A stretch of 64,000 nt of DNA from an uncultured delta proteobacterium (GTDB lineage Bacteria > Desulfobacterota > Binatia > Binatales > Binataceae). Position 1 is the first letter of the stretch; each line of letters begins with the position of its first letter. The DNA lies in assembly GCA_963808235.1 (NCBI GenBank), contig CAWEEQ010000004.1, forward strand, positions 1,696,001 through 1,760,000. The letters are read 5' to 3'. Shown one piece after another: positions 58,996-64,000 of the stretch. The notes beneath the pieces are model-generated. The model worked only from the letters and a program-made list of their open reading frames with translations, was not told the DNA's origin and did not search any database. Made by a program: the position numbers and the translations under genes.

Positions 58996-60663
58996 ATGAA
59001 AGTTTCGTGCGCAGAGAACCCGCGCGTCGGGCTGCTTATCGGCCTGCTCGCAATCACCTTCCTATTGATCGCGCAGCCGGCGTTCGCCACACCGGCATGC
59101 ACCGTCACGGCGCTGCAGGCGCTATTCCCACCTGCGACTGACACGACGATCACTTCAGCAACCCTGTCGGGAGCAAATTGCATCGTGAAGGGCGCGATCG
59201 CGACGACCTCCGGCACCCAGACCGGCAAAGTGCTCTTCGCAGTCGGACTGCCTGCGCCGGCAGCGTGGAACGGCCGTTTCGTGTTTGTCGGGGGTGGAGG
59301 TTTTCAGGGCAGCCTGCCCTCACCAACTGCACTGCTCCCGTTCGGTTTTGCGGAAGCCGTGACCGATACCGGTCATGAATCGATCTTTGGTCCCGCCGCA
59401 TCGCTTGACGGCAGCTTCGCCCTTATCGAGCCCGGCAATATTCCGAACATGGCCGCGATCGAGGATTTCGCGTATCGCGCTGTTCATCTCAGCACCGTCG
59501 CGGGTCAGAGCCTGACCAACCAGTACTACGGCTCGCCGATGTTCTCGTATTTCGACGGATGCTCGACGGGTGGACGCCAGGCGCTGGTCGAGGCGCAGAA
59601 ATTCCCAGACGACTTCAACGGGATCGTCGCCGGCGACCCGGCAATCAGCGATCCGATCGCAGGATTTAACTGGAACGATCTGGCCCTGCTCACAGACTCC
59701 ACCGGTGACAGCTGGCTGCCGCCCGCCCAGATCGCTGTGCTCGATGCGGCCGTGACCGCCGCCTGCGACGGCTCTGACGGCGTGATCGACGGCTTGATCG
59801 AAGATCCGCGCCTGTGCAAGTTCGATCCGGCGTCGATCCAATGCAGCAAAAAGCTCACCTCCAACTGCCTCACCGCGGCGCAGGTCGCGACAGTCAAGAA
59901 GATTTATGCCGGCGCGACGACTCCCGACGGTACGCAGCTCTATCCCGGCTATTCGGCCAGCAACCCGGGCGGCAACGACGGATGGGAGCTGTGGATTACC
60001 GGATTTGCGCAACCGCCCGACGGATTCGGGGTCGACAATCCGTACGGCGTCGTTCCCGCATCGTTCGGCGCCGCGCCGCTCCAGTTCTCGTTCCAGGACC
60101 AGTTCATGAAGTACTTCGTCTTCGATGACCCGTTGTACAATTCGCTCACTTTCGATTTCACCGATCCAACCCAGGTCGCGCTGCTCAACACGGTCATCAC
60201 GAATTTCAACTCCAACGGCGAGGACACCGACCTTTCGCCGTTCTTCGGCGCCGGCGGCAAGCTGGTCATGTACCACGGATGGAGCGATCCGGCGCTGACG
60301 CCGTTCGTCAGCGTGGACTACTACTCAGCAGTGGCCAAGACGCTCGGCGGCGGCTTCAAGCATCTGCAAGACAACGCGCGCCTGTTCATGGTGCCTGGGA
60401 TGCATCACTGCTCCGGCGGTCCTGGCCCCTACAACTTCGACCCGCTGTCTCCGCTCATCGCATGGGTTGAGACTGGGACCGCGCCCGACAGCATAATTGG
60501 CGAGGTACCGGCAGGCCCGCAGGCAGGTCGCACTTTCCCGCTCTGCCCGTTTCCGAGTCTCGCGGTCTTTCAAGGCGGCAACGTGAACGACGCGGCGAAC
60601 TGGGTGTGCAAGGCGCACACCAACCAACGCTTCGGCCATGGCAAAGGCCATCATCATGGATGA
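58996..60663 (+). CDS. Secreted tannase/feruloyl esterase family hydrolase
   Basis: WNGRF, TDTGH, GCSTGGRQ, YHGWSD, PGMHHC (CS-D-HC motif). Confidence 0.95.
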   Translation: MKVSCAENPRVGLLIGLLAITFLLIAQPAFATPACTVTALQALFPPATDTTITSATLSGANCIVKGAIATTSGTQTGKVLFAVGLPAPAAWNGRFVFVGGGGFQGSLPSPTALLPFGFAEAVTDTGHESIFGPAASLDGSFALIEPGNIPNMAAIEDFAYRAVHLSTVAGQSLTNQYYGSPMFSYFDGCSTGGRQALVEAQKFPDDFNGIVAGDPAISDPIAGFNWNDLALLTDSTGDSWLPPAQIAVLDAAVTAACDGSDGVIDGLIEDPRLCKFDPASIQCSKKLTSNCLTAAQVATVKKIYAGATTPDGTQLYPGYSASNPGGNDGWELWITGFAQPPDGFGVDNPYGVVPASFGAAPLQFSFQDQFMKYFVFDDPLYNSLTFDFTDPTQVALLNTVITNFNSNGEDTDLSPFFGAGGKLVMYHGWSDPALTPFVSVDYYSAVAKTLGGGFKHLQDNARLFMVPGMHHCSGGPGPYNFDPLSPLIAWVETGTAPDSIIGEVPAGPQAGRTFPLCPFPSLAVFQGGNVNDAANWVCKAHTNQRFGHGKGHHHG

Positions 60664-60694
60664 GCCCTGAGCCAGTCCTGCGGCCAACGACAAC

Positions 60695-60733
60695 GATGCG
60701 CCCCGCCGAGCGTAATGCTCGACGGGGCGCGTC
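60695..60733. terminator. Hairpin between convergent genes
   Basis: GATGCGCCCCGCCGAGCG-TAA-TGCTCGACGGGGCGCGTC. Confidence 0.6.
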
Positions 60734-60750
60734 CGTAAAATAGTAAAATC

Positions 60751-61991
60751 CTAATTCAGCTCCTTGCTGCTGTAGCCGAGGATTCGGCGCGCGACGATTA
60801 TCATGTTGATCTGCTGGGTGCCCTCGAAGATGTCGTTGATCTTCGCGTCGCGCATCCACTTCTCCACCAGCAACTTGCGCGAGTAGCCGAGCGGCCCCAG
60901 AATCTCCACCGCCTTCTGCGTGATCAACGTGACCGCGAGACCGGCCTTCGCCTTGGCCATCGAAGCTTCGAGGCTGTTGCGCTTGCCCATGTCGAGCATC
61001 CATGCCGCCCGCCAGGTGAGCAGCCGCGCCGCCTGCAGTTGCACTTCCATCTCCATGAAATCGCGTTCGACGGCGGTCAGATGCCGCGGTGAGATTCCGT
61101 AGCGGACCGCGACGTTCTGTTCCTTGAGGAAATCGCGCACGAAGTCGAGCGCCGCGCGCCCTACTCCCAGAGCCATCGCCGCGACGATCGGCCGGGTCGC
61201 GTCGAAGGTCGCCATCACGTCCTTGAATCCGCCCTCGCGCTGGACTTCGGGGCTGCCGAGAATCGAGTCGAACGGGATCCGGCAGTTGTCGAAGACGATC
61301 GCGGCGGTGTCCGACGCGCGGATACCGAGTTTGTTTTCAACCCGGACCACCGTCATGCCCGGCGTGTTATGCTCGACCACGAACGGCTTGATCCCCGGGC
61401 GTCCGGCGCTCTTGTCGACCGTCGCCCAGACCACGACGAAGCCTTCGGACTTCTCCGCCGCCATCTGGCCCGCGGTGCAGAAAATCTTGGTGCCGTTGAT
61501 CACCCAGTGATCGCCGTCGCGAGTCGCGGTAGTCGTGACCGCCGACGAATCGGACCCGAATCCCGGCTCCGTGATAGCCATCGCGCCCCACTTGGGCTTG
61601 CCGTCGCGAAAGCGTTTGAGAAAGCGCTCCTTCTGCTCGGGAGTTCCCGCCGCCATCACGGCCGCGCCGCCTAGTCCCGAGTTTGGAGTGGACAGGAACA
61701 GGCCCGCGTCGCCCCAGCACAGTTCCTCGGTGCTCAGCACCGTGTATAGATTGCGCAGCGCCGGACGGGCCGCGCCGCCGGCTTTGTCGCTGATTTTTTC
61801 TCGGCCTTGTTGTCTCCGACCTGCACGTCGGACATCGCCGACGCCTGCCACATCATTTCGAAAAATTGGGTCGGCTTTTCGTGCTCACGCTCGTCGTACT
61901 CGCGCGAGATCGGACGCATCATATGCTCCGACACTCCGTGATACATCTTGAGCCGGTTGATTACGGTAGGTTCGAGTTCGAAATCGATCAT
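60751..61991 (-). CDS. Acyl-CoA dehydrogenase, frameshifted at an A6 run near 61795
   Basis: MIDFEL N-terminus in one frame; EELCWGD, AMAITEPG.GSD, NGTKIF, IFEGTQQI in another. Confidence 0.9.
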
Positions 61992-62019
61992 CGTGATTTC
62001 TCCGCCGAGTTTCTTCTTC

Positions 62020-62047
62020 TAGTGGCACGGGCGTCCCTGCCCGTGAT
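62020..62047. repeat. REP-like palindrome, family 2, copy 2
   Basis: Identical 28-mer to 51924-51951, intergenic. Confidence 0.85.
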
Positions 62048-62049
62048 CC

Positions 62050-63160
62050 TCATACCGTTGCGATACCGTCAATCGCCGCAAATCCGCGCGCGTTCCGGAG
62101 CCACATCTCGACCGGATGCTCGCGGATATAGCCGTGGCCGCCGAGCACCTGGACCGCATTGTCGGTGACCTTGAGCGCGCTCGCCGCGACGTAATTCTTC
62201 GCGAGGTAGCTCTCCCGCAGCGCGTCGCCGCCCTTATCGAGATGCGACGCCGCTTCCCAGACCAGCAGGCGCGCCGCGTCGGTCTCGATCGCCATGTCGG
62301 CGAGGATAAACGCGATCGCCTGCTTGGTCGCGATCGGTACGCCGAACGCCTTGCGCTCTTTCGCGTAGTCGCGGGCGTATTCATACGCGGCGTTCATCAC
62401 CCCGACTCCCATCGCGGCAAACGCGACCCGCGACTCGCTCATCAGGCGCGAAAAGTTGATTCCCTTGTCGCCGCCGAGACGAGCATCTGCGCCGACGCGG
62501 CAGTCTTTCAAAGTAAGTTCGTAAGTCGCGAGACCCTTGAGTCCCATGTTCTTCTCGCGCTCGGAAATCGTGAGTCCGGCAGTCGCGCGGGGAACGATGA
62601 ATGCGCTGACGCCGGCGAGCCCCGCACTCGCGTCGGTCGCCGCGTATAAGAGGATCGTTTCCGACTCGGCTGCGACCGGCACGATGCATTTGGCGCCGTT
62701 CAGGATGAAGCCGCCGCCGTCTTTCCTGGCGGTAACTTGCAGCCCGGTCAGATCGAAATCGAATCGCGGTTCCATCACCGCCGCGGTGGCCGCGACCGGG
62801 TCTGCGCCGGTGAACGCTTTGAGGTACTTTGCGCGCTGATCGTCAGTGCCCATCTCGATTATCGGAAACGCAAGCAGCCGCGGCGCGAGCACGTGCAGAG
62901 CGATCGACAAATCGCCGAAGCCGAGTTCCTCGGCGACGATCGCCCCGGTCACCGCCGAGCGCGCATCGCCACCGCCGCCGAACTTTTCCGGGACCGGCCC
63001 GCTGACGAGCCCGAGTTGCCACGCCTTCGCGACCAGCGCGCGCAGGAATCTTGCCGCTCTCATCTGCCGGACGCGCAGCGGGACGAATCTCCTCGCGCGC
63101 AAACGCCCCCACGCTGTCGCGAATCATCTGTTGTTCTTCACTGAGTTCGAAGTCGATCAT
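62050..63160 (-). CDS. Acyl-CoA dehydrogenase, frameshifted near 63040
   Basis: MIDFELSEEQQMIRD...ESGKIP in one frame; ALVAKAWQLG...ERKAFG...QVLGGHGYIREHPVE in another. Confidence 0.9.
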
Positions 63161-63490
63161 GAATTTCGGCGGTATCCTCCCGCTGAATTTAGTAATTGAG
63201 AGTACGCACTTTACGCAATTTCCCCAAGTCCCGCATCAGCGCCACTACGCCGAGAGTCCCGCACCACCCGCGACGATTCGGAGCACCCTTGATGACATCG
63301 TCCCCGTCCGTTGCCATCGAGCTCGGATTTCCGTTTTCTAAGCCACCTACGAATTTGATAAAATGACGCAAGCCCTTGATAGACATGGCTTTGGATGCGA
63401 CCACCTCAGCACGGAGGTGGAGCGGCGGTGGTATCGGACAAACATCCTGCAATGCGCCTCGCGGTTGTGAACTAGAGGAGAATCGCGTCA

Positions 63491-64000
63491 ATGCCTGATG
63501 GAAAGTCGGCTGAGTCCGCTGGCAAATCCCCCCACGAACCGGCGCCATCTGCACCGACGCCGGAGGCCGATGCGCCAATCGCGCGAGCCCCAACCGGGAA
63601 GCAGCCTCAAAGGCGGCCACTGTGGATGTGGATCGCCGGCGGTGTGCTTCTCCTTCTGGCGCTATACGAGGCCATCCCGTGGGCCATCACTGCCGTCAGA
63701 ACAGAGTCGACAGACGACGCCTACGTTAACGGACACGTCACGTTCGTGGCGCCGCGGGTGCCTGGTCAAGTCGTGCGTGTGCTGGTGGACGACAACAATC
63801 GGGTGCGGAAGGGCGACCTACTCGTGCAGCTAGACAAAGAGCCGTACCAGGTCAAGGTCGAAATCGCGCAAGCTGCGCTGTCGGTTGCACAGGTCGGCAT
63901 TGTGACAGCACAAGCAAAAGTTCGGAGCCTTGAGAGTTTGGCGCGCAGCCAACGGTTCGATCTGGCAAATGCTGCGCAGAACCTCAACAACCAAGTCGCC
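63491..64000 (+). CDS. HlyD/EmrA-family efflux adaptor (5' part, runs off window)
   Basis: RBS GAGGAG; manual translation MPDGKS...WMWIAGGVLLLLAL...ESTDDAYVNGHVTFVAPRVPGQVVRVLVDDNNRVRKGDLLVQLD. Confidence 0.92.
   Translation, partial: MPDGKSAESAGKSPHEPAPSAPTPEADAPIARAPTGKQPQRRPLWMWIAGGVLLLLALYEAIPWAITAVRTESTDDAYVNGHVTFVAPRVPGQVVRVLVDDNNRVRKGDLLVQLDKEPYQVKVEIAQAALSVAQVGIVTAQAKVRSLESLARSQRFDLANAAQNLNNQVA

Noticed and set aside
61785-61805. Programmed ribosomal frameshift in the acyl-CoA dehydrogenase
   Set aside because: A homopolymer indel is simpler, two other frameshifts occur in the window, and I know no precedent in this family.
63498-63833. 111-aa ORF from the ORF track
   Set aside because: Wrong frame; the real gene starts at 63491 (HlyD/EmrA) and runs off the window.

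Overview
High-GC bacterial chromosomal segment, mostly housekeeping. Gene content and order (ftsH-folP-cdaA-cdaR-glmM, pdxJ, nnr-tsaE, lysC-cimA-cysE, desulfurase-mnmA-mtaB-rnc-era-der, guaA-gltX, ccm operon, glgB, uvrB) are Deltaproteobacteria-like; Candidatus Binatota is my inference, not verified. No rRNA, tRNA or CRISPR array seen. The most unusual feature is at 53.2-54.6 kb: a stand-alone 96-aa GIY-YIG nuclease gene enclosed by 92-bp imperfect inverted repeats tipped with a TGTCAT-type REP palindrome. Both arms are triplicated (3 x 175 bp left, 3 x 210 bp right), the extra units carry pieces of the nuclease gene, the right-hand pieces differ only at synonymous sites, and a degenerate solo REP lies 10 kb away. 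Second is an ECF sigma/anti-sigma/DUF3106 operon with a shared AAAC-GAA-N13/14-CGTC motif upstream of itself and of two secreted His-Pro repeat paralogs, next to a ccm operon with a CxxxY-type CcmE. Also seen: two perfect DnaA boxes upstream of uvrB, a transposase remnant, a second REP family, and three frameshifted genes that are probably sequencing indels.
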